Notes: generated from the sequence alone by a model not told the origin. A stretch of DNA of 64,000 nt from Felis catus (GCF_018350175.1 NC_058368.1:108812001-108876000); one strand, 5' to 3'; positions 38,139-52,846 are shown, counted from the first letter of the stretch. Numbers and translations are program-made.

Positions 38139-39499
38139 AATTAAAACAGTGTGGTACTGATACATAAATAAATAAGTCAAGGAGAGAGAATAAACAGTCT
38201 AGAAATATATCCACATATTCATGGGATTTATGAAGGAAGATAAAGTTTAGATTCAGGAATGGGTGATAATGCTAACTTAGACTCTCTTCAGGGTTGCTTT
38301 TATTTTGGTTTACTGCTGAAGTAGTTAATAATTAGCAGCACAAAGGATATTCAGGAGTTGATAATGCATGTGGGGGGTGTGGCTCTCCACTGCCTTTCTT
38401 GTTTTCTCATAAAGGCATCCCCCAAGTTCAAAGGTCTTGGTAGCCCTCACGGAATAAGATGTCCACTAGATGAGAAGAACCCAGAAGAGTACTCATTGCC
38501 TCATTCAATCCCACCTATGTGAGCACCAGAAACAGCTTATACTAACAAATAAAGCACTAACTCTGCTCTTCAGTAGCATCATACAGGACTAATATATTTA
38601 TTCTAAGCCTTGAAAATTCTTGTTGCCAGTGTTTTGGGCAATCTATCCTTACATAGCTATAGAGTCTTAAAGTTTTTTGTTCATGTTTATTCTGGGTCTT
38701 TCAGTAAGCAGGCCTGAGTCTACCACAAGTGGTATTTCATATCAGTGTGAAACATATGAATCTTTCAATGAAAAGTATTGAGACAGTTGTTATTAAGCTG
38801 GTTAGGAATACTAACCAATTATAAGTAAAAGATGTTAAGTAGTAGTTTTAAGTAAAAGAAAACTCAACTCAAACAATAAATAAAATGTCCTGGTTCATGA
38901 AAAATGTCCAGAGGTAGGTTAGATTTCAGAACAGGATAGATCCAGTAGATCAATGATGTCAGCAAGAACCTTCTTTTGCTCTCTCATCCTTGCTTTCCAC
39001 TGCACTGGTTCATCCTAAGAATAGCTTCCCTCATGAAAGTAAGAGGATTATCAGAGGAACTAAGCCAAGAGTAAAAAGAAAGTATCTTTTTCAGAAGTTC
39101 ACAGAAAGCATTACTTCATGTATCACCAGCTCCCAAAGGGTGTTTTATCCATTTGAACCACTCGTGTCCTATAGCCAGGGAGATGGGATGCACTGATTGG
39201 CTTAAGCCAAGTAGCATCCACTTTAAGAGGTGAGGGTGAGAACAAATCCACACAAACCACCCAGCTGGGAAATTCAGAATACTGTTAGCAAGGGAAGAGG
39301 GAAGAATACACACTGAGCAGACAACAACAGAGCTTCCACACAGTTATCACTTAAGAGGAAAAATAAAGCTAGATCCCACTTCATACCATTCACAAAAAGA
39401 AATTCAGTCATATTAAAGCCCTAAATATAAAGAATAAACATATTAGAAAATATAGGAAAATATGTTTATGACCTTGGGGGAGAAGAAGCCTTTAAAAAA

Positions 39500-39698
39500 T
39501 TTTTTTTAATGTTTATTTTTGAGAGGGGGGTGCATGAGCAGGGGAGGGGCAGAGAGAGAGGGAGACAGAGAATCTGAAGCAGGCTCCCGGCTCTGAGCTG
39601 TCAGCACAGAGCCCGGCGAGGGCTTTGAACCCACGAACTGCAAGACCATGACCTAGCTGAAGTCAGACACTTAAATGACTGAGCCACCCAGGCATCCT
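39500..39698 (-). mobile_element. Can-SINE
   Basis: SINE body flanked by repeated GAGAAGAAGCCTTTAAAAAA. Confidence 0.9.
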
Positions 39699-39712
39699 GA
39701 GAAGAAGCCTTT

Positions 39713-39901
39713 AAAAAAAAAAAGTTTATTTATTTTGAGAGACAGAGAGCAAAGTAGCGGTAGGGAGAGAGAGAATTCCAAGCAGCCTCTGTGCTGTCTG
39801 CACAGAGCCCAGTGCGCGGCTCGATCTGAAGAAGTGTGAGATCATGACCTGAGCTGAAATCAAGAGTGGGACGTTTAACTGAATGAGCCACACAGGTGCC
39901 C
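39713..39901 (-). mobile_element. Can-SINE, more diverged, adjacent to the previous copy
   Basis: Second SINE body ending GCCACACAGGTGCCC. Confidence 0.85.
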
Positions 39902-39909
39902 TAAGAAGA

Positions 39910-40800
39910 AACCTTTTTAATTAAGACCCACAAAAAATCAAGTCATTTTAAAAATTGATCATTTTCTCCAACAAAATGAAACACTTTGGTATAATCAAAA
40001 GATATTATAAAATAAAGGATGAATGAGACAGTGGGAAAAAATATTTGTAATACTTACAACAAAGAATTAATATCCAGAGTATATAAGGAGTATCAAAAAG
40101 TTAACAAATAATATATTAACTACTTAATAGAAAAAGGATATGAACAGGTAATTAGCATAAGAATAAACAAAAATGGCCAATAAATATATAAAAAGATGTT
40201 TAGCATCACTAAGGAAGTTGAGAAATGCAAAAGTTAGAAATTCTGTATGCAACATTTGATAATATCAAGACAATGGTTTCAACAGGCTGTTAGTAGATAT
40301 GTAATGTTGTGGCTGTTGGTGGGCACAGCTTTTCTCTAGAGATCAAGTTGACAGACTCTACTAAATGTAAATATACATACCCTATGAGCCTGTGGTTCCT
40401 TATGGTGTATCTACCCAAGAAAGATGCTTGCTCATGTGCTTAATGAAACATATGCAACAATACTCATCGCAGCCTATTTGTAGTGGTGAAATCTTGGAAA
40501 CACACAAAATGTCCATCAACCAGAGATGAATAGATAAACTGAGGTGTGTTCGTGCTAGAGGACATTGCACAGCTATTCAAAATGCATATGATCTCTTTGA
40601 ACGAACATGGAGAGATCTCTATGAGAAGTCACTGACTGACAACTGTAGGGTGACAGGTACAGTACATCATTTATGAGAAGGAAGGAAGGGAAGGAGGGAG
40701 GGAGGGAGGCTGAAAAGCACAGAAAAATGCCATTTTCTATAGATAGATATAGGGTTAGTAAGGAAATGTACAGAAAGAGCTCTGGAAAGATAAATGCCTT
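39910..40800 (+). mobile_element. Old L1 ORF2 3' end/3'UTR relic
   Basis: GGGAAAAAATATTTGTAA, AAATGGCCAATAAATATATAAAAAGATG and AAAATGTCCATCAA motifs. Confidence 0.7.
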
Positions 40801-40863
40801 GCTGGGAATTATAGTTACTTGTGGGAACTGGGAAAGGGGATTGGGATCTGGTGAGGCAGTTTA

Positions 40864-41099
40864 TTTATTTATTTTTTTATTTAAAAAATTTTTTTTAACA
40901 TTTATTTATTTTTGAGACAGAGAGAGACAGAGCATGAACGGGGGAGGGCCAGAGAGAGGGAGACACAGAATCCGAAACAGGCTCCAGGCTCCGAGCTGTC
41001 AGCACAGAGCCCGACGCGGGGCTCGAACTCACAGACCACGAGATCGTGACCTGAGCCGAAGGTTGGCCGCTCAACCGACTGAGCCACCCGGGTGCCCCA
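40864..41099 (-). mobile_element. Can-SINE (young, CpG-rich)
   Basis: Full body; TSD GGTGAGGCAGTTTA. Confidence 0.95.
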
Positions 41100-42831
41100 G
41101 GTGAGGCAGTTTAATTAGCCTTATGATTGTATAATCATTTTTTTACAGGAAGATAAAATGTTACAAGAAGACAATGTATTCATGCATAATTTAGATAATT
41201 AAATAACAAAGTGGATTTTTAATAAAATCATTAGGGATTGGCTAAGGAAAGGCAAAAGTTTGGAGCCTACTCCCTCTGCTGGGGGTCCTGTGGCCCAAAG
41301 GCGACTTGATTCCAGATGTCACCGCCTAGGCCTCAACTACCATGCTTGTGAATCTCCCTGACCCTTAAATGTGGGGGAATGGGCCAGCTCTCTCCCTCGG
41401 CATAGCTGAATGCCCACAAATAGGGGACAGAGGGCAGACCCAAGGTGTTGGATAGCCTGGGGGCCAGATGATAAGGGCTCCTCTGTTGAAAGAATTTCAA
41501 AGACAGAAAGGAGGGAAGGCCATGGAAGGTCCAGCCTTGGCAGGCAGGTACCAGCATTCAGAGTCTGTGTACCTCTCCCCATGTCTTCAGCCCCCACCCT
41601 TGAGGTGCTCTGCCTAGACCTTGAGAGACTGCCCCTCTAAGCTCACCTTGAGTCCAGGGCAGTGGCTCCAAGAATGGCAGAGTGAGGAAAAGAAGAACGG
41701 TCTGGGATACCATCAGGGTCAGAAAAAGGGGTGATTAGAAATCAAAACAGAGTAAGAGATTGGAAAGGGCCAGGGACAGAAGCAGGAGTTTGCATCAGGG
41801 CAAAGGTTCTATTAATATCCATGGATAGTAGTGGCAAATGAAGCCATTACCCACCTCTTTCTCCAACATGGAGCAAAATGTCTTTTACCCACAGGGGTAG
41901 TAATCCTAATTCCCACTTCAGTTAATCATGAAAGAGAGGAAAGAGGCTGCCCACGAGGCCAGGGCAAAGAAAGTCACTGTTTCCACTGAAGAGGTACAAA
42001 TGGAGCCCAAGTCAGAGGGTGGAGTCCTCTTAAGGCATGATCCAAAGGTCTGGGCCAAGACGGCTTGAGTTGCTGATAACACATCTGCAGGAAATGGAAT
42101 CCTGGGGGTGGTGTGGTAAAGAAAAATACCCTCTGGTTTTAATAGATCCACTCCCAAGGTTACCCAAAAAGTTCAGACTAAAGCATCACCTCACCTCCCT
42201 CCACCCACTCTACAGTGACTTCAGAGAAGAGTTGTGGGAACTGAAGTACTCCATCCCAAGAACAAGAAGGACTTCCTTTGAGGTTAAAGTGTGAAATGAC
42301 AAAGACTATACCATCTAAGAAGGTCATCCCATTGCTGAAGATCTCTGCCTCTACCTCCAGAGCCTCAGCACAGATGGGGGAGAAGATGAGCACTCCACTG
42401 GGCGCTTAAAATGAATAGATTAAAAAAAAAACCTTCTATGCATCCTTTTAGAGCTGAATGACCTGCTACTGAAGGAGAGAGGTTCAGAAATGAGTTTATT
42501 TTCCTATTTCTGAGGCTCAAGGAGCATAATTTGAAAGGAGGGGACTTCTTTGTTTAATAGCATGAGGTAGTAATTCTATTGTGGATAATTACAGAGCAAT
42601 TTGGAAAATGCTTCCCCTCTTCCTTATTGGTTTATAATATCCATTTTATAAGAATTAATGGGTAACTGTGTGTATGTGTATGTTTGTCTAATCTAATAGT
42701 TACCAGGTGGACAACTGCAATAATGAAGAGATATCTACTTCACAGAGTGGCAGTGAAGAACTTGAACCAACCTTGGAGAACCTACATCCACGTGGACCAT
42801 CCTGATGGAATGTGGCAGTATTATTCTAGAC

Positions 42832-43000
42832 CAGCAGTTCCAATAGAACATTCTATGATGATGAGAGTATTAAAAACCTTCACTGTCCAGTATAGGAGCC
42901 ACGAATCACATGTAGTTTTTGAGCACACGAAATATGGTTAAGGGAACTGAGGACTTTTCATAATTAGTCCTGTTTAATTAAATAGTCATGTATGACTAAG
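42832..43000 (+). mobile_element. hAT DNA transposon relic, MER3-like
   Basis: CAGCAGTTCCAATAGAACATTCTATGATGATG...CACATGTAGTTTTTGAGCAC resembles MER3. Confidence 0.65.
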
Positions 43001-43095
43001 TTTGTCCTGTTTGTTTGGAGCAAAGTTTGCCAATGTACAATGGAAGTTGACAGCACAAAATAGTATCAAGCACATGAGAAACACATGACAGATGA

Positions 43096-43240
43096 GGCCA
43101 AGAGCAAGTACCATGACAGCATAAAACATCGTTGATACCTTAAATCTTCTCAAGCATCTGCTGCATGCACAAAAACCTGTGTAAGTGATGTTTTCAGAAA
43201 AGTCAAAGGAAAGGGGGTATATTAGTGAAATGGAGTAATA
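43096..43240 (+). repeat. About 145-bp direct repeat, copy 1
   Basis: Aligns with 44106-44251 with scattered mismatches. Confidence 0.9.
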
Positions 43241-44105
43241 TGGAACAAGTTTAGAAAATTCAAAACATCAGAAGAGTGTAATCCTGATGATATCTGGGTG
43301 ATACTTTCATCTCCATTCCCATTAGTGAGATGCCCCACTTTGGTGAGTGGCCAAAGGAAGGACCAGATTGGACAGTGGTGGGACTGGACCTCCCTATCTT
43401 CCACAGGCAGTGACTCCGGAGGCAGAGTGATAAGTCAAGGGAATTCTCAACTTTTTGTCTATATGAAGATCTCTCAGGCTCTTTAGGCAAGGTGGTTCTT
43501 GAGATGATGCAAAAAATATTAGAAGCTTAGGCAATCAGTGAGCCTAACACTCCCTCCTCTCCATCCATCCCCAAGGCATGGGGTGAAAACATAATCTTGC
43601 TGCAATTTGCTATGTCTATTCTGAAGGCCAATTTTCATAAGCCATATAATAAGAACATGACATCTATCTTGTAGGCCCCCAGGTTAGAGTTCAGGATGCA
43701 AAACTCTCCTTTTGGAAAATTCTAAAACCTCTGCTATATCTGGCATACTAGCCAAGGTCCAAATTGCAGTAGCTACTAGGAGGTAAAATGTGTACTGTTG
43801 ACCTTGTTACTACTTTGGGGATGGTAGGAATCAGAAGCCACTCTAGGGAATATCTCAGAAAACTGATCAAGTTTGGGGCAAAGGAAGAAATAGAGAAGAG
43901 ACAAACGAGGAGAAGAAAGAAAAGCACAAGAGGAGATATCTTGTGTTCTATCAATCTCTCACCAATGGAAATATACCAATGGAGCTTCCTGAAACAGTTC
44001 TAATGATAGTTCTTTCTTCTCAGCTCAAAGGTCTCCAATACTTTCCTGTAGCCATAAGGTAAAGGCTAAAATCCTATGCTTAGCAATCAAGGTCCAGGCC
44101 CACTG

Positions 44106-44251
44106 GGCCAGGGCAAGCACCATGACAGCATAAAACATCTCTGGCACCTTAAATCTTCTCAAGCATCTGCTGCATGCACAAAAAAACTTGTATAAGTGAT
44201 GTTTTCAGGGAAGTCAAAGGAAAGGGGATGTATTAGTGAAATGGAGTAATA
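44106..44251 (+). repeat. About 145-bp direct repeat, copy 2
   Basis: Aligns with 43096-43240. Confidence 0.9.
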
Positions 44252-46092
44252 CTCCATACCCTGCATGCTTTGTCCGTCCTAGACAAACTGAACCTTTCAT
44301 TTCTCCCATATAAATTGTGCTGATTTGGGCCACTACATCATCTTTATATCAACTACTCCTACCATCTAGTCCACCCTAACCACATCCTTCCTATTTCCAA
44401 CCACTTCTTTAAGACCCAGCTAATATTGTCCCCTTCTGGAAAAATTCCCCAATTAACCAGTTCAGAGGGTAGTGTCCCTTCTTTTAGCACATCTGAATTT
44501 CTTGAAAAAATTCTTCCTTTATTATTTAACTCTTCAAATGGCTAATATCCCTATTAGATGGAGCTCACTGCAGGAACAGGATGCCATTTTATCATCTGTG
44601 TATTTCCCATAGCACCCAGCACAGAGTTAGGAATTCATTAGTCAGTGTACTTTGGTTCATTTCACAAATATATCCTATGGACTAATTCTGTGCTGGAAAC
44701 CATGCTAGGTGTTCCTGCCAGAACTGATACAAATAACCAACAGGTGGCTCTAGCTTATTCGTACATTTATCCCACCTTCAGACATAGCTGGATGAGTCCC
44801 TGATTCCACTGACTCTCCAAGGCTGCAGAGTTTTCCCTTGATGAAAATGACTCATCCCTATATCAAACCTGACTCTTCCTTTTACCACAACCTCACTTCC
44901 CATACTGATCTTGAATATCTCAGAAACCTGAAATCATTCAAGGAGTTTAAATATAATCTATACCAAAACCTCAACTCACCTCAACTCCTGGTAATAGGCA
45001 AACTCTGGACTCTCTCTGTAATGATCAGCAAAAAAATAAATCAAAATGTGAGACAAACAAATTTAGTAGTTCAAAAGAAGTCTCCAACCTGAGGAATAAT
45101 TTTTCCAACATAATCCACAAGGACCTTGTGTGAAGAGGAACAATATAATCAGGAAAAAAAAGCCCAACAATGTATGGAGAGAAAATAATGTGAATGCAGA
45201 ACTATACATATTAATCCCAGTGAATGGAGTAAACAGAATATTATATAGTACAGAACACAGAACCAAAGAATTAGTGACAAACTTGAAAGAAATTCTGAGA
45301 TACTGAAGGAAAAACATAAAAATAAGAAGATAAGAAGATCCGCAAGAAAACTCCACACAAGGTAAAGTAAATATAAAAGAAGTTTTCTGAGAAAATTGAT
45401 TAAATTAAGACCTAATAACCAAAAAAATAGCTGAAGAAAACTGCCCTGAGATGTGCAGGGTAGGGTTATAGATGCCAGGGAGACAACAGTAAACAACCCA
45501 TACAAGGTACCCACTCTCACACAGTATACAAATAAACAATCAAGACTAAATGAGATCCTAGTAAATCCTTTAAAGAAAAAAATAAAACAACACAATAGAG
45601 TGACTCAGAGTAACAGAATGAGTGATAGAGTGATAGAACAGAGTGACAGAATGGCTACTTTAGGTAGTCAGAAAAAAATTCTCTGACAAATGCACTTAGT
45701 CCTAAATGAAAAGAAGGCATTAGTCACAAAAAGAAGTCTTCTGGGTAGACTGGCTAGTATAAAAGCATGTCATGTTTAAGGGTAAGAAACAAGACCAGTA
45801 TAACTAGAACAGAGCAAGCAAAGGGGAGAGTGGTATGAGAGGAGTTTGGAGAGGTAGGCTGGGGGTAGATTATATAATATAAGGCATGGAAAGAAGTATG
45901 AGAGAAGCCATGGGAGAGTTTTCAGCTGGCAAATGATCACTTTGCCTATAGAGTCGGGTATGGATTTCACTAAGGTAAAAGCAAAAACAAGGAGACCAGT
46001 TAGGTTCCTATTTCAGTAGTCTAGGGAAAAAGATGACAGTAAACTTGGACTTGAGTTTTTGCAATGGATATGGACACAGTAGATGGATTAAA

Positions 46093-46114
46093 TTTTCTTT
46101 AATGTGTATTTACT

Positions 46115-46167
<53 letters not shown>

Positions 46168-46338
46168 GAGGGTAAGTGGGGGAGGAGCAGAGAGAGAGAC
46201 ACACACACGGACTTGGAAGCAGCCTCCAGGCTCTCAGCTGTCAGCACAGAGTCCGATGCGGGGCTCAAACCCACAAATGTGAGATCATGAGCTGAGCTGA
46301 AGTCAGACGCTCAACTGACTGAGCCACCCAGGCAATGA
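46093..46338 (-). mobile_element. Can-SINE with expanded (GA)n
   Basis: SINE body; TSD ACACAGTAGATGGATTAAA. Confidence 0.93.
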
Positions 46339-47275
46339 ACACAGTAGATGGATTAAAAATAGACGGGCAAAGATGCAAGAAAGCAAGAAAAAATCAGAAG
46401 TGGCAATAGAAAAAAAAAAAGAACTAAGTGAAATCAAAGGATTATTTTGTTATGATATTCCAAAATAAAGACATCTATAAACACTTCTGTGCTGAAAACC
46501 AGCTTACAAAATAACTAAAACAACTAGGAAGAGTCAATTCAAGAAAAATGGTAAAATCATTATCATAATCATTACCTTTAACATGCTTATTTTAATCCTT
46601 AACAGATTAAGTAGGCAAAAAGTATTATAGAGAACCCACTATTAATAATTAGTAAACTTGGCTTAATAGAGATATTAAATGCGCTATCCCATAAATTTCA
46701 AATATATATTCTGGTCAAAAAGTCAAAAGAACAACTTCAATATATTTCTCAAAGTGAATATCTAATTGTCCCTATTCTTCAACGACAATGTTAAAACAAT
46801 AGAAATAAAGATCAAAAGGTTAAATAAAAATCTCAACCACCCTGAAAATTTTTAAACAGTCATTAAGTAACTGTAAGTCAAAAAGGAAAAAAAAAAACAT
46901 AAATAAAAGGAAATATCAACTATGCTACATATTAAATACATATGGGATAGATTATGAAAAAAAAATTCTTAAAACACAAGGAAGTCCAGGATGTAGAAAT
47001 CTGGGAATAGTATTGCTCATACCCTAACAACAATGACAACAACAATAGCTGGATAAATAACAAAACTATAACTTTTCCTGAACCCATCAGAGATATGAGG
47101 TCATAGGACAATCAAAAAGTCTGAAGTCTAAGGAAAGACAGGTGCCACCATTGAGAGATGGAACATGAGCAAAGGTCCACCTGTGGCAGAGCACAAAAGG
47201 AAGAAACACTGGACATCATAGTAGTAGGTTAATAAAAATTCATATAAAAATTTTAAACAAATTATTAAAGGCAAT

Positions 47276-47470
47276 GGGGAGCCTGAGTGGCTTAGTCAGT
47301 TAAGTGGCCAATTCGATTTTGGCTCAGGTCATGATCTTACAGTTTGTGGGTCTGAGAACCATGTCAAACTCTTTGCTAACAGCATCAAGCTTTCTTGGGA
47401 TTCTCTCTCTCCTTCTCTCTCTGCCCCTCCCCCCATTCTCCAAATTAAAAAAAATAAACATTAAAAAAAA
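47276..47470 (+). mobile_element. Can-SINE (diverged)
   Basis: GGGGAGCCTGAGTGGCTTAG head, CT-rich region, A tail. Confidence 0.85.
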
Positions 47471-47974
47471 CTACTAAAGGTAAAGCATGGGTGATGTGAC
47501 AACATGGCACTCTTGGGAGTCCCAGACACAAGGGAAACTCACAACTCTCACATGTTCTTCTCAACAGACCACTGGATGCTCACAAGAAAGACTGGCCCTA
47601 TGGCCTTAGGGCTTTCTCAGAGATCCTGACCTACCTCTCCAAGACAGTCAAACTCTTCCTTGTATCTTTGGTGGGTCTTGGTCAGGAGACAGTATTGTAT
47701 TCCTCCCAGTGGTATAACAATTCTAAAGATATGGAACGAGATCATTTCCTGACCTTCTTTAAAAGCAACAGACTTCGCAGCTTGTCTAAGACTGAGGATG
47801 GACCAGGACAACATAGGATTCTCACTGATCCCCACCACTAGGCTAGCAAGCATGAGTACCAAGCAAGAGAAGATTATGGTCAAGGATGGGCAACAGTGCC
47901 CTGAGAAAATCGCTCTGAGGTGCAAATGTACTGGGAAGCCTCAAAGTTGCAGGTGGAGTAGGACTGATAAAATA

Positions 47975-47975
<1 letters not shown>

Positions 47976-48021
<46 letters not shown>
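47976..48021. repeat. (AC)n microsatellite
   Basis: Uninterrupted AC run. Confidence 0.95.
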
Positions 48022-48023
<2 letters not shown>

Positions 48024-50163
48024 CAACCCTCTGGAAACTCAACTCCTATCCTAAGAAAAATGTTTTGAAGCTGAAGACACAATGAAAGCAAACATAAGAA
48101 CAAAAAAGATCTCAAACATAGGTTCCTATACTAACTAAATTCACTCAATGTTCCATATTAATAACTTAGGAGAAGAACTGTGCACACTTTCAAAAAATAT
48201 AACATTTACATCACGATTTTACACACAATATTACATATAAGGTAAGTATGCAATAAAAACTACAACAAAGAAAAAAAACAAGAAAATAAAGTGCTTTAAA
48301 AGACAAGGCAATTATCTCAAACAGAATCAGGGCAAACTGAGATACTGGAATGATATGACAGGGAATTTAATATATCTGTGATAAATAAGTTAATGTCTTA
48401 AGTGAAAAAAAGAATGACAAGTATGAACACATAGGGAATTTCAGCAGAAATACTGATATCATAAAAAAATAATTTAATGGAAATTCTAAAATTAAAAACT
48501 GTAGTAAGAGAGCTAAATAATGCTTTTGAAAGGCTCAAAGCAGACTCAACACAGCCAAGGAAAAAATTAAGGAACTTGAAGATAGGGCAACACAAATTAC
48601 TCAAACTGAAACACAAAGAGAAAAAAGTGCATTAAAAAACCCAAAACAAACAAACAAACAAAAACCAGGGAAGAGTATCTAGGAGCTGTGAGACAATATT
48701 AAATGGTATATCATATATGTAATTAGGATCCAGAAGAAGGAAACAGAGTTGAAGAAAAAGAAGAATTTAGTCTTTAGCATATTATTCATAGTGGTTTTAA
48801 AATTTATGGTCTGATAACCCCAATATCCCTGCCACCTCTAGTCTAGCTCTGATACTTGCTCTCTCTCTTTAAAGTGTGTTTGTTTGTTTATTCCTTTTAG
48901 TATGGCTTGTAATCTCTTATTGAAAAGAAGATATGATGCACTGGGTAAAAGGAGCTGTGGTGAGTAGGGCTTAATAAGTAGTGGTAAGGTGTGGAGAGAG
49001 TAGAAGCACTTTATAGTACCATGATTAGGTTTCAGTCTTTGGATAAGTCTGTGCCCCTAGACTGTCAACTTCACCAATAGTTCTCAGTCCCCCCCCCCCC
49101 CCGTTAGGTGGGAGACGATAGCTAAAGGAGATTGGGGTTGGTTATTTCCCTTCCCCACGTGGAAGAAGAGAGTGAACTGGAGTTGGGTAATTCCCCTCCC
49201 CCAGGTTGATTAGGCTCTGATAAAATCTCAGCAGATTATGCTGTAATAAAATAATTTCTACTGGGAGCAGGCCTTGTTAAGAACAGAATGCTCATCACAA
49301 CAAGTGTCCCATTGTATTTAAGTGATGAATTCTTAAATTCTACTGCTGAATTCTGAATTCTACTCCTGAAACCAATATTGCACTGTATATTAACTAAAAT
49401 TTAAATAAACTAATTAATTAAAAAAAGAACAATGCTCTAGCATAATTCAAAATGGTTTCTTTTTCTCTACCCTTGTTGGAAGCATGAGAGGCTTTTTCTG
49501 TGATTTTCACTGTGAGAACCTGGTAAAGTTTCTCGGATAAAACTCATAAGCGCATAAGAGCCTTCCAATAACTGGGATCCCCTGGAGTTTTGATTTCTTA
49601 AGTTTGTCCACAATGAACCTCCAGCAATTTGTTAATCACAGTTTAGGGCTTTTCTATCCCAGTACTCATTCCCATGGAGGTGGGCTTCTTCTTAAATAAG
49701 TTGTGATTCTATCTATCTATATGTCTCCAATTTATGGGACATTTATGAGGTTTGTACTGTGACCTCACTTCTCAGATGAATCTAAAAGAGCGGATGATTT
49801 TTCAGTTTGTTCAGCTTTTTAAATACTTGTTATTAGGGTGGAATAGCAACTTCTAAGCTCCTTACATGATGGACTAGAAGCCAGAAGTCTGAAATATCTT
49901 TTCAGGTAAATAAAACTTGATTATTCACTACCCACAGACCTGCCCAATAAAACTTGGATCTATACAAAGAAATAAAGGTGTCTAAGAAAGGATAAATGAA
50001 GACAAATGTAAAAGACATGTTTTCATATTGTTAATCACCTAAAAGATAACTGACTGTCTAAAGCAAAACTAGTAGCAAAGTGTTATGAAATTATAGCATA
50101 TGATAAAGAAAATTCATGACAACTGTAGCACAAAATTAGGAGGCAGAAACTGGGGGTATTATT

Positions 50164-50375
50164 ATTTTTTTTCAACGTTTATTTATTTTTGGGACAGAGA
50201 GAGACAGAGCATGAACGGGGGAGGGGCAGAGAGAGAGGGAGACACAGAATTGGAAACAGGCTCCAGGCTCTGAGCCATCAGCCCAGAGCCTGACGCGGGG
50301 CTCGAACTCCCGGACCGCGAGATCGTGACCTGGCTGAAGTCGGACGCTTAACCGACTGCGCCACCCAGGCACCCC
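50164..50375 (-). mobile_element. Can-SINE (young SINEC_Fc-like)
   Basis: CpG-rich full body; TSD CTGGGGGTATTATT. Confidence 0.95.
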
Positions 50376-52622
50376 CTGGGGGTATTATTTTAAGGTACTT
50401 AACCTATACATGAAGTCGTGCAATATTATTGGAAAGATGACTGAGGTTAATAAAAGACTGTATTATAAACTCTAGGAAAATCACGAAAATTTGTTTGAAA
50501 GAGGTACAAATAATGCCAATAATGGAGATAAAATGGAACCACTATGGAGACAGACACTTCAGTGGCCAGAAGTTCAAGGAGAGAGGAGGAATTAACAAGT
50601 GAAATACAAGGCAGTTTTAAGGCTATGAAACTATTCAGGATGATACAGTGCTGGTGGATACATGTCATTATATATTTGTCAAAATCCACAGAAATGTGTA
50701 AGACAAAGAGCAAACTCTATTGTAAACTATGGACATTAGTTAATAATAATGTAATCAATATTTTCTCATGAAATATAATGAATGTATCACATTAATGCAA
50801 GATGTTAATAACAGTAGAAACTGTGTAGGGGTAGGAAAAAAGGAAAATGGGAAAACTCTGTACTTTCTACTCAGTTTTTTTCATCTAAAACTTCTCTAAA
50901 AAATTACATCTATTAATTTAAAGTAAGTAAAATAATGGAAAATTATATACAATTAAAACACAAATCAAAAGAAACCTGGACTAGCCATATTAATATCAGA
51001 CAAAACAGACTTCAGAACAAGAAATACTACCAGGTATAAGAAAGATGTGTAATAAAGGGGTAAACTAACCAAGAGAACATAACAACTTTAATTGTGTATA
51101 CATCTAACAGAATTTCAAAACACATGAAGCAAAAACTAACAGAACTGAGTAGAAATAGGTAGATCCACAATTATAGTTAGACTTCAACCCTCCTCACTAA
51201 TTGATAGAATAGAAAATAAGTTAGGATATAGAAAACTTAAACACTATCAACCAACTTGGTATTTACAGTATGCTCAACCCAACAACAAAATACACATTTT
51301 TTCCAAGTGCACAGGAAACGTTCACCAGGTATACCCTATTCTTCATCATAAAACAATCATCAACGAGCTTAAAACCAAAATCATGTAAAGTATGTTCTTT
51401 GACAACAGAATAAAATTAGAAGTAAAAAACAGAAGGATATCTGGAAAATCCCCAAACATTTGGCAATTAAGCAACATGGTTCTAAATAACTCATGAGTCA
51501 GAGTGGAAGTCATAAAGGAAATTAGAAAATATTTTGAATTGTATTTAAATGAAAGTATATATCAAATGTATGTGATGACCTTGACCAAGTGAACAAGGTT
51601 TCCGTCACCAGTAATAAATCATGTTATTACGTGCATCTAAAATGACGCAAGAAGGGCACATTCTTCTCCAAAACCCATGCCTTTAGTCTAAGCATAGAAA
51701 AACATCAGACAAATCTAAGTTGATGGCCCTTCTATAAGATATCTGACCAGTACTCTGTAAAATTAGTAGCACTGAAAATAAGAAAGGAATAAATGAAGGA
51801 GACCTAATGACTAAATGTACTGTGGTATCCTGGGTTGGGTCCTGAAACAGAAAAAAAGACATTAGTGGAAAAGTTGGTGAAACCTTAATAAAGTCTTAAT
51901 CTTAAGGTAATGGCAATATATCACTATTAATTTCTTAGTTTTGAAAAATATGGTTGCATAAAGTTGTTAGTATCATGGGATCCTGGTGAAATATATATGG
52001 GAACTCTCTGTCCCACCTTTGCAACTGCTTTATAAATCTAAAATTATCCCAATATAAAAAGTTTTGTTAAAATTTGTGCATGATACAGCCAAAACAGTGC
52101 TTACATTACATGGAAATATTTATTATTAAATGCTTATGTTAGAATAGAAGAAACATTTACAGTCAATAACCTATCCTTCTACCCTAAGACTATACAAAAA
52201 GAAGAGAAAATTAAATGCAAAGTAGGCAGAAGAAAGGAAATTATTGGTAAGGGCAGAAATCAACGAAACTGGAAACAGAAACAACAGAGAAAACCTATGA
52301 AACCAAAGTTAATTCTTGGAAAAGATCAATAAAATACAAATTTCTAGTCATAATGGTTGTTTTAAAAGATGACACAAATTACTATATTAAAGATGAAAGA
52401 GGGCTCTCACCTCAGATCACTATGACATTAATTAATTCAACTTGGAGGAAATGGAAAAATTCCTTGAAAGACACAAACTACCAAAAACTCCTTTAAGAAG
52501 AAATAAATAGAAGACGACTCAAAACAAAATTCACCACTCTTTTCTTGGAAGGGGCCTAGACATTAAGCACAACTTTAAAAAGAGGGACTAAAAGAGCATT
52601 ATATTAAATAACTCTTCCCTTA

Positions 52623-52846
52623 GGGGCACCTGGGTGGCTCAGCTGGTTAAGCGTTCAACTTTGGCTCAGGTCGTGATCTCTCAGTTCGTGGGTTCGAGTC
52701 CCACGTCAGACTCTGTGCTGACAGTTCAGAGCCCAGAGCCTGCCTCAGATTCTGTGTCTCCCTTTCTCTCTGACCCTCCCCTGATCATACTCTGTCCCTC
52801 TCTCTCTTAATAAATAAAACATTTAAAAAAAAAAAAAAAAAAAAAA
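52623..52846 (+). mobile_element. Can-SINE
   Basis: Full body with long poly(A); TSD CTCTTCCCTTA. Confidence 0.93.
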
